A DNA stretch of 64,000 bases, taken from Eledone cirrhosa (lineage: Eukaryota). The translations under genes were made by a program, and so were the position numbers. The stretch is taken from positions 339,822,001 through 339,886,000 of the forward strand of contig OZ024742.1 of assembly GCA_964016885.1 (NCBI GenBank), written 5' to 3'. The notes under the pieces are model-generated. The model was given only the letters and a program-made list of their open reading frames with translations, was not told where the DNA came from and did no database searches. Position 1 is the first letter of the stretch, and each line of letters opens with the position of its first letter. Of the stretch, positions 11,555-24,829 are shown piece after piece.

Positions 11555-14500
11555 GTGGTGGCGGTAGGAGAGTGTAGTGGTGGCGGTAGTGTAGTGGTGG
11601 TGGCGGTGAGGGAGTGTAGTGGTGGGAGTGTAGTGGTGGTGGTGGTGAGGGAGTGTAGTGGTGGGAGTGTAGTGGTGGTGGTGGTGAGGGAGTGTAGTGG
11701 TGGTAGTGTAGTGGTGGTGGTGAGGGAGTGTAGAGGTGTTAGTGGTGGTAGTGTAGTGGTGGTGGTGAGGAGTGTAGAGGTGTTAGTGGTGGTAGTGTAG
11801 TGGTGGTGGTGAGGGAGTGTAGAGGTGTTAGTGGTGGTAGTGTAGTGGTGGTGGTGAGGAGTGTAGAGGTGTTAGTGGTGGTAGTGTAGTGGTGGTGGTG
11901 AGGGAGTGTAGAGGTGTTAGTGGTTGTAGTGTAGTGGTGGTGGTGAGGAGTGTAGAGGTGTTAGTGGTTGTAGTGTAGTGGTGGTGGTGAGGAGTGTAGA
12001 GGTGTTAGTGGTTGTAGTGTAGTGGTGGTAGTGCAGTGGTGGTGGTGAGGGAGTGTAGTGGTGTTACTAGTGGTAGTGTAGTGGTGGTGGTGAGGAGTGT
12101 AGAGGTGGTGGTCAGGAGTGTAGAGGTGTTAGTGGTGGTAGTGCAGTGGTGGTGGTGAGGGAGTGTAGAGGTGTCAGTGGTGGGAGTGTAGTGGTGGTGG
12201 TGGTGGTAGTGTAGTGGTGGTGGTGAGGAATGTAGAGGTGTTAGTGGTGGTAGTGTAGTGGTGGTGGTGAGGGAGTGTAGAGGTGTTAGTGGTGGTAGTG
12301 TAGTGGTGGTGGTGAGGGAGTGTAGAGGTGTTAGTGGTGGTAGTGTAGTGGTGGTGGTGAGGAGTGTAGAGCTGTTAGTGGTGGTAGTGTAGTGGTGGTG
12401 GTGAGGGAGTGTAGAGGTGTTATTGGTGGTAGTGTAGTGGTGGTGGTGAGGAGTGTAGAGGTGTTAGTGGTGGTAGTGTAGTGGTGGTGGTGAGGGAGTG
12501 TAGAGCTGTTAGTGGTGGTAGTGTAGTGGTGGTGGTGAGGGAGTGTAGAGGTGTTATTGGTGGTAGTGTAGTGGTGGTGGTGAGGAGTGTAGAGGTGTTA
12601 CGGGTGCTAGTGTAGTGGTGGTGGTGAGGGAGTGTAGAGGTGTTAGTGGTGGTAGTGTAGTGGTGGTGGTGAGGAGTGTAGAGGTGTTAGTGGTGGTAGT
12701 GTAGTGGTGGTGGTGAGGGAGTGTAGAGGTGTTAGTGGTGGTAGTGTAGTGGTGGTGGTGAGGAGTGTAGAGGTGTTAGTGGTGGTAGTGTAGTGGTGGT
12801 GGTGAGGAGTGTTGAGGTGTTACGGGTGCTAGTGTAGTGGTGGTGGTGAGGGAGTGTAGAGGTGTTAGTGGTGGTAGTGTAGTGGTGGTGGTGAGGAGTG
12901 TAGAGGTGTTACGGGTGCTAGTGTAGTGGTGGTGGTGAGGGAGTGTAGAGGTGTTAGTGGTGGTAGTGTAGTGGTGGTGGTGAGGAGTGTAGAGGTGTTA
13001 GTGGTGGTAGTGTAGTGGTGGTGGTGAGGAGTGTAGAGGTGTTACGGGTGCTAGTGTAGTGGTGGTGGTGAGGAGTGTAGTGGTGTTAGTGGTGGTAGTG
13101 TAGTGGTGGTGGTGAGGAGTGCAGTGGTGGTGGTGAGGAGTGTAGTGGTGGTGGTGAGAGAGTGTAGAGGTGTTAGTGGTGGTAGTGTAGTGGTGGTGGT
13201 GAGGAGTGCAGTGGTGGTGGTGAGGAGTGCAGTGGTGGTGGTGAGAGAGTGTAGAGGTGTTAGTGGTGGTAGTGTAGTGGTGGTGGTGAGGAGTGTAGAG
13301 GTGTTACGGGTGCTAGTGTAGTGGTGGTGGTGAGGGAGTGTAGAGGTGTTAGTGGTGGTAGTGTAGTGGTGGTGGTGAGGAGTGTAGAGGTGTTACGGGT
13401 GCTAGTGTAGTGGTGGTGGTGAGGAGTGTAGTGGTGTTAGTGGTGGTAGTGTAGTGGTGGTGGTGAGGAGTGCAGTGGTGGTGGTGAGGAGTGTAGTGGT
13501 GGTGGTGAGAGAGTGTAGAGGTGTTAGTGGTGGTAGTGTAGTGGTGGTGGTGAGGAGTGTAGTGGTGTTAGTGGTGGTAGTGTAGTGGTGGTGGTGAGGG
13601 AGTGTAGAGGTGTTAGTGGTGGTAGTGTAGTGGTGGTGGTGAGGAGTGTAGAGGTGTTAGTGGTGGTAGTGTAGTGGTGGTGGTGAGGGAGTGTAGAGGT
13701 GTTAGTGGTGGGAATGTAGTGGTGGTGGTGAGGGAGTGTAGAGGTGTTAGTGGTGGTAGTGTAGTGGTGGTGGTGAGGGAGTGTAGAGGTGTTAGTGGTG
13801 GGAATGTAGTGGTGGTGGTGAGGGAGTGTAGAGGTGTTAGTGGTGGTAGTGTAGTGGTGGTGGTGAGGAGTGTAGAGGTGTTAGTGGTGGTAGTGTAGTG
13901 GTGGTGGTGAGGAGTGTAGAGGTGTTAGTGGTGGTAGTGTAGTGGTGGTGGTGAGGAGTGTAGTGGTGGTGGTGAGGAGTGTAGAGGTGTTACTGGTGGT
14001 AGTGTAGTGGTGGTGGTGAGGAGTGTAGAGGTGTTACTGGTGGTAGTGTAGTGGTGGTGGTGAGGAGTGTAGAGGTGTTAGTGGTGGTAGTGTAGTGGTG
14101 GTGGTGAGGAGTGTAGAGGTGTTACTGGTGGTAGTGTAGTGGTGGTGGTGAGGAGTGTAGTGGTGGTGGTGAGAGAGTGTAGAGGTGTTACTGGTGGTAG
14201 TGTAGTGGTGGTGGTGAGGGAGTGTAGAGGTGTTAGTGGTGGGAATGTAGTGGTGGTGGTGAGGGAGTGTAGAGGTGTTAGTGGTGGTAGTGTAGTGGTG
14301 GTGGTGAGGAGTGTAGTGGTGGTGGTGAGAGAGTGTAGAGGTGTTAGTGGTGGTAGTGTAGTGGTGGTGGTGAGGGAGTGTAGAGGTGTTAGTGGTGGTA
14401 GTGTAGTGGTGGTGGTGAGGAGTGTAGTGGTGGTGGTGAGAGAGTGTAGAGGTGTTAGTGGTGGTAGTGTAGTGGTGGTGGTGAGGAGTGTAGAGGTGTT

Positions 14501-17500
14501 ACTGGTGGTAGTGTAGTGGTGGTGGTGAGGAGTGTAGAGGTGTTAGTGGTGGTAGTGTAGTGGTGGTGGTGAGGAGTGTAGAGGTGTTACTGGTGGTAGT
14601 GTAGTGGTGGTGGTGAGGGAGTGTAGTGGTGGTGGTGAGGGAGTGTAGAGGTGTTAGTGGTGGTAGTGTAGTGGTGGTGGTGAGGAGTGTAGTGGTGGTG
14701 GTGAGAGAGTGTAGAGGTGTTACTGGTGGTAGTGTAGTGGTGGTGGTGAGGAGTGTAGTGGTGGTGGTGAGGAGTGTAGAGGTGTTACTGGTGGTAGTGT
14801 AGTGGTGGTGGTGAGGAGTGTAGTGGTGGTGGTGAGAGAGTGTAGAGGTGTTACTGGTGGTAGTGTAGTGGTGGTGGTGAGGAGTGTAGAGGTGTTACTG
14901 GTGGTAGTGTAGTGGTGGTGGTGAGGAGTGTAGTGGTGGTGGTGAGAGAGTGTAGAGGTGTTACTGGTGGTAGTGTAGTGGTGGTGGTGAGGAGTGTAGA
15001 GGTGTTAGTGGTGGTAGTGTAGTGGTGGTGGTGAGGAAGTGTAGAGGTGTTAGTGGTGGTAGTGTAGTGGTGGTGGTGAGGAGTGTAGAGGTGTTAGTGG
15101 TGGTAGTGTAGTGGTGGTGGTGAGGGAGTGTAGAGGTGTTAGTGGTGGTAGTGTAGTGGTGGTGGTGAGGGAGTGTAGAGGTGTTAGTGGTGGTAGTGTA
15201 GTGGTGGTGGTGAGGAGTGTAGAGGTGTTAGTGGTGGTAGTGTAGTGGTGGTGGTGAGAGAGTGTAGAGGTGTTAGTGGTGGTAGTGTAGTGGTGGTGGT
15301 GAGGGAGTGTAGAGGTGTTAGTGGTGGTAGTGTAGTGGTGGTGGTGAGGAGTGTAGAGGTGTTAGTGGTGGTAGTGTAGTGGTGGTGGTGAGGGAGTGTA
15401 GAGGTGTTAGTGGTGGTAGTGTAGTGGTGGTGGTGAGGGAGTGTAGAGGTGTTAGTGGTGGTAGTGTAGTGGTGGTGGTGAGGGAGTGTAGAGGTGTTAG
15501 TGGTGGGAATGTAGTGGTGGTGGTGAGGGAGTGTAGAGGTGTTAGTGGTGGTAGTGTAGTGGTGGTGGTGAGGGAGTGTAGAGGTGTTAGTGGGGGTAGT
15601 GTAGTGGTGGTGGTGAGGGAGTGTAGAGGTGTTAGTGGTGGTAGTGTAGTGGTGGTGGTGAGGGAGTGTAGTGGTGTTACTGGTGGTAGTGTAGTGGTGG
15701 TGGTGAGGGAGTGTAGAGGTGTTAGTGGTCGTAGTGTAGTGGTGGTGGTGAGGGAGTGTAGAGGTGTTAGTGGTGGTAGTGTAGTGGTGGTGGTGAGGGA
15801 GTGTAGAGGTGTTAGTGGTTGTAGTGTAGTGGTGGTGGTGAGGGAGTGTAGAGGTGTTAGTGGTGGTAGTGTAGTGGTGGTGGTGAGGGAGTGTAGAGGT
15901 GTTAGTGGTTGTAGTGTAGTGGTGGTGGTGAGGGAGTGTAGAGGTGTTAGTGGGGGTAGTGTAGTGGTGGTGGTGAGGGAGTGTAGAGGTGTTAGTGGTG
16001 GTAGTGTAGTGGTGGTGGTGAGGGAGTGTAGAGGTGTTAGTGGTGGTAGTGTAGTGGTGGTGGTGAGGGAGTGTAGTGGTGTTACTGGTGGTAGTGTAGT
16101 GGTGGTGGTGAGGAGTGTAGAGGTGTTAGTGGTGGTAGTGTAGTGGTGGTGGTGAGGAGTGTAGAGGTGTTAGTGGTGGTAGTGCAGTGGTGGTGGTGAG
16201 GGAGTGTAGTGGTGGTGGTGAGGAGTGTAGAGGTGTTAGTGCAGTGGTGGTGGTGAGGGAGTGTAGTGGTGTTACTGGTGGTAGTGTAGTGGTGGTGGTG
16301 AGGAGTGTAGAGGTGTTAGTGGTGGTAGTGTAGTGGTGGTGGTGAGGGAGTGTAGAGCTGTTAGTGGTGGTAGTGTAGTGGTGGTGGTGAGGAGTGTAGA
16401 GGTGTTAGTCATGGTAGTGTAGTGGTGGTGGTGAGGGAGTGTAGAGGTGTCAGTGGTGGGAGTGTAGTGGTGGTGGTGGTGGTAGTGTAGTGGTGGTGGT
16501 GAGGAATGTAGAGGTGTTAGTGGTGGTAGTGTAGTGGTGGTGGTGAGGGAGCGTAGAGGTGTTAGTGGTGGGAGTGTAGTGGTGGTGGTGAGGGAGTGTA
16601 GAGGTGTTAGTGGTGGTAGTGTAGTGGTGGTGGTGAGGAGTGAAGAGGTGTTAGTGGTGGTAGTGTAGTGGTGGTGGTGAGGGAGTGTAGAGGTGTTAGT
16701 GGTGGTAGTGTAGTGGTGGTGGTGAGGAGTGAAGAGGTGTTAGTGGTGGTAGTGTAGTGGTGGTGGTGAGGGAGTGTAGAGGTGTTAGTGGTGGTAGTGT
16801 AGTGGTGGTGGTGAGGAGTGAAGAGGTGTTAGTGGTGGTAGTGTAGTGGTGGTGGTGAGGGAGTGTAGAGGTGTTAGTGGTGGTAGTGTAGTGGTGGTGG
16901 TGAGGAGTGTAGAGGTGTTAGTGGTGGTAGTGTAGTGGTGGTGGTGAGGAGTGTAGAGCTGTTAGTGGTGGTAGTGTAGTGGTGGTGATGAGGAGTGTAG
17001 AGGTGTTAGTGGTGGTAGTGTAGTGGTGGTGGTGAGGGAGTATAGTGGTGTTAGTGGTGGTAGTGTAGTCGTGGTGGTGAGGGAGCGTAGAGGTGTTTGT
17101 GGTGGGAGTGTAGTGGTGGTGGTGAGGGAGTGTAGATGTGTTAGTGGTGGTAGTGTAGTGGTGGTGGTGAGGGAGTGTAGAGGTGTTAGTGGTGGGAGTG
17201 TAGTGGTGGTGGTGAGGGAGTGTAGAGGTGTTAGTGGTGGGAGTGTAGTGGTGGTAGTGAGGAGTGTAGAGGTGTTAGTGGTGGTAGTGTAGTGGTGGTG
17301 GTGAGGGAGTGTAGAGGTGTTAGTGGTGGTAGTGTAGTGGTGGTGGTGAGTAGTGTAGAGGTGTTAGTGGTGGTAGTGTAGTGGTGGTGGTGAGGAGTGT
17401 AGAGGTGTTAGTGGTGGTAGTGTAGTGGTGGTGAGGAGTGTAGAGGTGTTAGTGGTGGTAGTGTAGTGGTGGCGGTGAGGGAGTGTAGAGGTGTTAGTGG

Positions 17501-20500
17501 TGGTAGTGTAGTGGTGGTGGTGAGGAGTGTAGAGCTGTTAGTGGTGGTAGTGTAGTGGTGGTGGTGAGGGAGTGTAGAGGTGTTAGTGGTGGTAGTGTAG
17601 TGGTGGTGGTGAGGGAGTGTAGAGGTGTTACTGGTGGTAGTGTAGTGGTGGTGGTCAGGAGTGTAGAGGTGTTAGTGGTGGTAGTGTAGTGGTGGTGGTG
17701 AGGGAGTGTAGAGGTGTTAGTGGTGGGAGTGTAGTGGTGGTGGTGAGGAGTGTAGAGCTGTTAGTGGTGGTAGTGTAGTGGTGGTGGTGAGGAGTGTAGA
17801 GGTGTTAGTGGTGGTAGTGTAGTGGTGGTGGTGAGGAGTGCAGTGGTGGTGGTGAGGAGTGTAGTGGTGGTGGTGAGGAGTGTAGAGGTGTTAGTGGTGG
17901 TAGTGTAGTGGTGGTGGTGAGGAGTGTAGTGGTGGTGGTGAGGAGTGTAGTGGTGGTGGTGAGGAGTGTAGAGGTGTTAGTGGTGGTAGTGTAGTGGTGG
18001 TGGTGAGGAGTGTAGTGGTGGTGGTGAGGAGTGTAGAGCTGTTAGTGGTGGTAGTGTAGTGGTGGTGGTGAGGAGTGTAGAGCTGTTAGTGGTGGTAGTG
18101 TAGTGGTGGTGGTGAGGAGTGCAGTGGTGGTGGTGAGGAGTGTAGTGGTGGTGGTGAGGAGTGTAGAGGTGTTAGTGGTGGTAGTGTAGTGGTGGTGGTG
18201 AGGAGTGTAGTGGTGGTGGTGAGGAGTGTAGAGGTGTTAGTGGTGGTAGTGTAGTGGTGGTGGTGAGGAGTGCAGTGGTGGTGGTGAGGAGTGTAGTGGT
18301 GGTGGTGAGGAGTGTAGAGCTGTTAGTGGTGGTAGTGTAGTGGTGGTGGTAAGGTGTGTAGAGGTGTTAGTGTTGGTAGTGTAGTGGTGGTGGTGAGGGA
18401 GTGTAGAGGTGTTACTGGTGGTAGTGTAGTGGTGGTGGTGAGGAGTGCAGTGGTGGTGGTGAGGAGTGTAGTGGTGGTGGTGAGGAGTGTAGAGGTGTTA
18501 GTGGTGGTAGTGTAGTGGTGGTGGTGAGGGAGTGTAGAGGTGTTACTGGTGGTAGTGTAGTGGTGGTGGTGAGGAGTGCAGTGGTGGTGGTGAGGAGTGT
18601 AGTGGTGGTGGTGAGGAGTGTAGAGGTGTTAGTGGTGGTAGTGTAGTGGTGGTGGTGAGGGAGTGTAGAGGTGTTAGTGGTGGTAGTGTAGTGGTGGTGG
18701 TGAGGGAGTGTAGAGGTGTTAGTGGTGGTAGTGCAGTGGTGGTGGTGAGGGAGTGTAGAGGTGTTAGTGGTTGTAGTGTAGTGGTGGTGGTGAGGAGTGT
18801 AGAGGTGTTAGTGGTGGTAGTGTAGTGGTGGTGGTGAGGGAGTGTAGAGGTGTTAGTGGTGGTAGTGTAGTGGTGGTGGTGAGGGAGTGTAGAGGTGTTA
18901 GTGGTGGTAGTGTAGTGGTGGTGGTGAGGGAGTGTAGAGGTGTTAGTGGTGGTAGTGTAGTGGTGGTGGTGAGGGAGTGTAGAGGTGTTAGTGGTGGTAG
19001 TGTAGGGGTGGTGGTGAGGGAGTGTAGAGGTGTTAGTGGTTGTAGTGTAGTGGTGGTGGTGAGGAGTGTAGAGGTGTTAGTGGTGGTAGTGTAGTGGTGG
19101 TGGTGAGGGAGTGTAGAGGTGTTAGTGGTTGTAGTGTAGTGGTGGTGGTGAGGAGTGTAGAGGTGTTAGTGGTGGTAGTGTAGTGGTGGTGGTGAGGGAG
19201 TGTAGAGGTGTTAGTGGTGGTAGTGTAGTGGTGGTGGTGAGGGAGTGTAGAGGTGTTAGTGGTTGTAGTGCAGTGGTGGTGGTGAGGAGTGTAGAGGTGT
19301 TAGTGGTGGTAGTGTAGTGGTGGTGGTGAGGGAGTGTAGAGGTATTAGTGGTGGTAGTGTAGTGGTGGTGGTGAGGAGTGTAGAGGTGTTAGTGGTGGTA
19401 GTGTAGTGGTGGTGGTGAGGGAGTGTAGAGGTGTTAGTGGTTGTAGTGTAGTGGTGGTGGTGAGGAGTGTAGAGGTGTTAGTGGTGGTAGTGTAGTGGTG
19501 GTGGTGAGGGAGTGTAGAGGTGTTAGTGGTGGTAGTGTAGTGGTGGTGGTGAGGAGTGTAGAGGTGTTAGTGGTGGTAGTGTAGTGGTGGTGGTGAGGGA
19601 GTGTAGAGGTGTTATAGATGGTGGTGTAGGGGTGGTGGTGAGGGAGTGTAGAAGTGTTAGTGGTGGTGAGGAGTGGTGGTGGTGAGGGAGTGTAGAGTTG
19701 TTAGTGGTTGTAGTGTAGTGGTGGTGGTGAGGGAGTGTAGAGGTGTTAGTAGTGGGAGTGTAGTGGTGTTGGTGAGGGAGTGTAGAGGTGTTAGTGGTGG
19801 TAGTGTACTGGTGGTGGTGAGGAGTCTAGAGGTGTTAGTGGTGGTTGTGTAGTGTTGGTGGTGAGGGAGTGTAGAGGTGTTAGTGGTGGTAGTGTAGTGG
19901 TGGTGGTGAGGAGTGTAGAGGTGTTAGTCATGGTAGTGTAGTGGTGGTGGTGAGGGAGTGTAGAGGTGTCAGTGGTGGGAGTGTAGTGGTGGTGGTGAGG
20001 AATGTAGAGGTGTTAGTGGTGGTAGTGTAGTGGTGGTGGTGAGGGAGCGTAGAGGTGTTAGTGGTGGGAGTATAGTGGTGGTGGTGAGGGAGTGTAGAGG
20101 TGTTAGTGTTGGGAGGGTAGTGGTGGTGGTGAGGGAGTGTAGAGGTGTTAGTGGTGGTAGTGTAGTGGTGGTGGTGAGGGAGTGTAGAGGTGTTAGTGGT
20201 GGTAGTGTAGTGGTGGTGGTGAGGAGTGTAGAGGTGTTAGTGGTGGTAGTGTAGTGGTGGTGGTGAGGAGTGAAGAGGTGTTAGTGGTGGTAGTGTAGTG
20301 GTGGTGGTGAGGAGTGTAGAGGTGTTAGTGGTGGTAGTGTAGTGGTGGTGGTGAGGAGTGTAGAGGTGTTAGTGGTGGTAGTGTAGTGGTGGTGGTGAGG
20401 GAGTGTAGTGGTGTTAGTGGTGGTAGTGTAGTGGTGGTGGTGAGGGAGTGTAGTGGTGTTAGTGGTGGTAGTGTAGTCGTGGTGGTGAGGGAGCGTAGAG

Positions 20501-20780
20501 GTGTTTGTGGTGGTAGTGTAGTGGTGGTGGTGAGGAGTGTAGAGGTGGTAGTCATGGTAGTGTAGTGGTGCTGGTGAGGAGTGTAGAGGTGTTAGTGGTG
20601 GTAGTGTAGTGGTGGTGGTGAGGGAGTGTAGAGGTGTTACTGGTGGGAGTGTAGTGGTGGTGGTGAGGGAGTGTAGAGGTGTTACTGGTGGGAGTGTAGT
20701 GGTGGTGGTGAGGGAGTGTAGAGGTGTTAGTGGTGGTAGTGTAGTGGTGGTAGTGACGGAGTGTAGAGGTGTCAGTGGTG
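11555..20780. repeat. G-rich minisatellite, 44/45-bp unit GTAGTGGTGGTGGTGAG(G)GAGTGTAGAGGTGTTAGTGGTGGTAGT, ~200 copies
   Basis: Unit read directly. The 15-aa periodicity ([15 protein letters not shown]) confirms the 45-nt period, with interspersed 44- and 23/24-nt variants. Confidence 0.97.
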
Positions 20781-21735
20781 GTGGTGGTGTGGTAGTGTAG
20801 TGGTGGTGGTGGTGGTGTGGTAGTGTCGAGGTGGTGGTGGTGGTGTGGTAGTGTCGAGGTGGTGGTGCTGGTGTGGTAGTGTCGAGGTGGTGGTGGTGGT
20901 GTGGTAGTGTCGAGGTGGTGGTGGTGGTGTGGTAGTGTAGTGGTGGTGGTGGTGGTGTGGTAGTGTCGAGGTGGTGGTGGTGGTGTGGTAGTGTCGAGGT
21001 GGTGGTGGTGGTGTGGTAGTGTAGTGGTGGTGGTGGTGGTGTGGTAGTGTCGAGGTGGTGGTGCTGGTGTGGTAGTGTCGAGGTGGTGGTGGTGGTGTGG
21101 TAGTGTCGAGGTGGTGGTGGTGGTGTGGTAGTGTCGAGGTGGTGTGGTAGTGTAGTGGTGGTGGTGGTGGTGTGGTAGTGTCGAGGTGGTGGTGGTGGTG
21201 TGGCAGTGTCGAGGTGGTGGTGGTGGTGTGGTAGTGTCGAGGTGGTGGTGGTGGTGTGGTAGTGTCGAGGTGGTGGTGGTGGTGTGGTAGTGTCGAGGTG
21301 GTTGTGGTGGTGTGGTAGTGTCGAGGTGGTGGTGGTGGTGTGGTAGTGTCGAGGTGGTGGTGGTGGTGTGGTAGTGTCGAGGTGGTGGTGGTGGTGTGGT
21401 AGTGTCGAGGTGGTGGTGGTGGTGTGGTAGTGTAGTGGTGGTGGTGGTGGTGTGGTAGTGTCGAGGTGGTGGTGGTGGTGTGGTAGTGTCGAGGTGGTGG
21501 TGGTGGTGTGGTAGTGTCGAGGTGGTGGTGGTGGTGTGGTAGTGTCGAGGTGGTGGTGGTGGTGTGGTAGTGTCGAGGTGGTTGTGGTGGTGTGGTAGTG
21601 TCGAGGTGGTGGTGGTGGTGTGGTAGTGTCGAGGTGGTTGTGGTGGTGTGGTAGTGTCGAGGTGGTGGTGGTGGTGTGGTAGTGTCGAGGTGGTGGTGGT
21701 GGTGTGGTAGTGTAGTGGTGGTGGTGGTGGTGGTG
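20781..21735. repeat. 28-bp minisatellite GTGGTAGTGTCGAGGTGGTGGTGGTGGT
   Basis: The 28-aa repeat in the minus-strand ORF corresponds to 3 x 28 nt. Confidence 0.95.
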
Positions 21736-22246
21736 TTTAGATGTTCTGATATCGACCGTTATATCATCTCTCCAGCCACCACGGTCCACATACCATAGAT
21801 GACATTTAAAGTGAAGAACATGATAGACACTCTGTTGGCAGTAAGGCCGAGAGAAGGGGGAGGAGGAGACTTTGAGAGGAAGTAAATAAGTGTGAGGGAG
21901 TGGAGAAATGTGAAGGGTGAGTGTGAGATAAAGCGGGGAGGAGTGTGATATTAATAAAAAGTTGGACTAATGGTGGTAATATTTGTATGGTTGTTTAAAG
22001 TAGTGTTGCGCTCCTGGCGGTGGAGGTAGTGGCTATGGAGGGGATTCTTTTAGTAGCGGTAGTCATTGTTTCTGTGACGGTGCTACTACTGGGGATAGGA
22101 ATGGTGGTGGTGGTGGTGGTAGCCATGTTGATGACGGTGGTGGCGGTGTTGATGACGGTGGTGGCGGTGTTGATGTTGATAATAGAGTTAAATTTGATAG
22201 TGGCTTAAGTGATAAGAATGATGAGAATTGGTGGCGATGATAACGA

Positions 22247-22343
22247 AGTGATGATGACTATCGTGATGATGGTAGTGATGATGATGATGATGATGGTAGT
22301 GATGAGTGATGATAGTGATGATGATGATGATGGTAGTGATGAG

Positions 22344-22398
<55 letters not shown>

Positions 22399-22545
22399 AG
22401 TGATGAGTGATGATGATGATAGTGGTGATGATGATGAAGATGATGATGAAGGGGAGGAGGATGAGGGGGGATTGAAATGATAACGATATGGATGATGATA
22501 ATGATAATAACGGTGCTGCTGCTGCTGCTGCTGCTGATAATGATG
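22247..22545. repeat. (GAT)n microsatellite
   Basis: Seen directly. Confidence 0.9.
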
Positions 22546-22792
22546 TTAATTATGGTAAGTGTATTCGTTGCTGATAGTGTTGAGTTTGGCAACTTACGAT
22601 TGTTGCCGTCTATTACGTTGTTTGTTGGTGTTTGTTGGTGTTTGTTGTTGGTTTTACTTATATTTCATGTGTGTTTTTTTATTCCTATCGCTAGTGTGTG
22701 ACGACATGGCTGTCTTCCCAATATGTCAGCCATGTCAGGCTTAGGTCGATCTGTTAAAGTACTAACATTTAATGTCTGTGTCACTGATAATA

Positions 22793-22885
22793 ATGGCTCA
22801 GTGGTTAGACTACTAGAATCTCAACGTAAGGTGGTGGGTTCGATCTCTGGTCTTGAGGCCGCCTCTTGTTTAAGAACAAGACTCT
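22793..22885 (+). mobile_element. tRNA-derived SINE head
   Basis: A box TGGCTCAGTGG and B box GGTTCGATCTC at tRNA-like spacing. Confidence 0.6.
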
Positions 22886-23227
22886 TTTAATTAAAGAGTA
22901 AAACTCCTAACATTAACACAGCCGAGAAATCTCCTCTGGGATTCAACGCAATGGGAGGTCACATAAGCTTGTATTGGTGTGAGATGTGGATTTCATTTAT
23001 ATATTTTTAAATGTTACTGATATCATCAAAGGTTTAGCCGGATTAATGAGCCAGTATCATTGATACGTGAATAGGACAGGATTGCCGGATATCAATTTCA
23101 CACAAATTAGTTAACAATGTTTGCAAAATGTATCGTAATTATGTTAGAAAATATACCAAGAATGCGAAAGTGTTGACGAGCCAAATGGCGAAACAACTGT
23201 CATCGACTACAAAATTTATAATCTGCT

Positions 23228-23292
<65 letters not shown>

Positions 23293-23447
23293 TATATATG
23301 TATGTATAGACTCGTAACTCCTGATGGAGTCCCAGGAGTGCTATATTGCCATCCGGCGTTTCTAGGGCATTTTAAATCCTGGCAGAACCCATCTCCTCTC
23401 CAGGCCTAAACACAGCAGATTTCTTCCAAAAAAAGATATATAGAGAA

Positions 23448-23750
23448 AGAATTGACCCCAGTACTTGACTGGTTCATTTTTATCGACCTTAAATGTATGA
23501 AAGGCAAAGTTGACCTCGCCGAAATTTGAACATAGCGAGTTCAGAGAGTTACTCTGCCAGTTTACCACATTTTGAAAGTTTAGACGGGTTACCACAGAGT
23601 CGTCAGACTACAACGTTTACCTCACAAGGTTGTGGTCAATCCAGAGTTATAATTAAAGACACTTACCCATGTGTGCCACACTCTGGGAACGAACCCAGGA
23701 ACACGTGCTTTCGAAGCGAGCTTCTAAACCACACAGCCACAACTGTACCT
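23448..23750 (-). mobile_element. Two adjacent SINE fragments
   Basis: 23448-23560 is the reverse complement of the tcaactttgcctttcat..ggtcgataaa..ccagt core seen at 28441+. 23600-23750 has a tRNA head (ggctgtgtggttt..ggttcgttccc). Confidence 0.7.
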
Positions 23751-24132
23751 ACTTTATATATGTGGGGCAAAAGAAAGCAGAATAAACGGAATGGCGATTC
23801 TCACAAATCGACTGACATCCGTGGATCATTATAGTTTCGTATGCATTAAAGACAGGACTATTCACCATAGTGCATCAATAGCTATTCTCAGATTGCTATT
23901 CGGGAAGAAAACACAACCGACATTGGATGAAGAAAAGCAAAGTGCAAAAAAAACAAAAACAAAACAAATCAACAACAACAAATAAATATCGACATACCGA
24001 TTATGGGGCGGTAAAAAGTTACAATTAAAAGTAGCACCACACAGAAGTGTGGTTTGTAACATTAGGAAAGGAAAATAATTAATACAAGTTAATAGGGCAT
24101 AGGCCCTGGAACAAGTATTAATAAGCATATGT

Positions 24133-24253
<121 letters not shown>

Positions 24254-24254
24254 T

Positions 24255-24759
24255 AGTGCAACCAAGCGAATACCCTCCATCAGACACCTACCATACTCTG
24301 AACGCCTTGCTTCCCTGGGCATGGATATATTGAATTTCCGACGTCTGGCAACTGACTTGGTAAACACCGACAAAATTATTAACCATCTTGCCAAAAACAA
24401 CCCTGAGCACCTTTTTGATATCCATGTGTCTAGCACACATGGGCATGCCTACAAAGTCAGAAAACAGCACAGCTCCCATGACTTTTGGAAACATTTTGTC
24501 ATGCCCAGAGTTGCTGAAGCATGGAACAAACTACCTGCATCAGTTGTTAGCTGTGGAGACATTGCATTCTTTAAAACCTCCATGCTTCCTGCGATTCGCC
24601 AACACTGCACCTGATGTCCTCCATCCATATACACGCACACATGTATTTCATGGCTCATACATTGTTCATTATCCAGACATTTGAATATTATTCTATGTAC
24701 TATACATGCACCTTTGATCAATTGTAGTGCACCTGAGCACTGTACACAATAATTTCATT

Positions 24760-24764
<5 letters not shown>
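24255..24764 (+). mobile_element. CR1-clade LINE 3' end
   Basis: PYSERLASLGMDILNFRRLATDL...THGHAYK...HF..RVAEAWNKLPASVV is a typical CR1 ORF2 C-terminus. It ends in aataatttc(att)n. Confidence 0.85.

Positions 24765-24821
<57 letters not shown>

Positions 24822-24829
<8 letters not shown>

Noticed and set aside
11555-20780. CRISPR-like array or repeat-protein gene
   Set aside because: There are no unique spacers, and the mix of 44- and 45-bp units breaks the frame constantly.
20281-21789. 502-aa His/Thr/Pro-rich ORF
   Set aside because: It is the translation of the 28-bp and 45-bp minisatellites on the stop-poor strand, with no independent coding evidence.
22793-22885. tRNA gene
   Set aside because: A and B boxes are present, but there is no acceptor stem and it continues into SINE body sequence.
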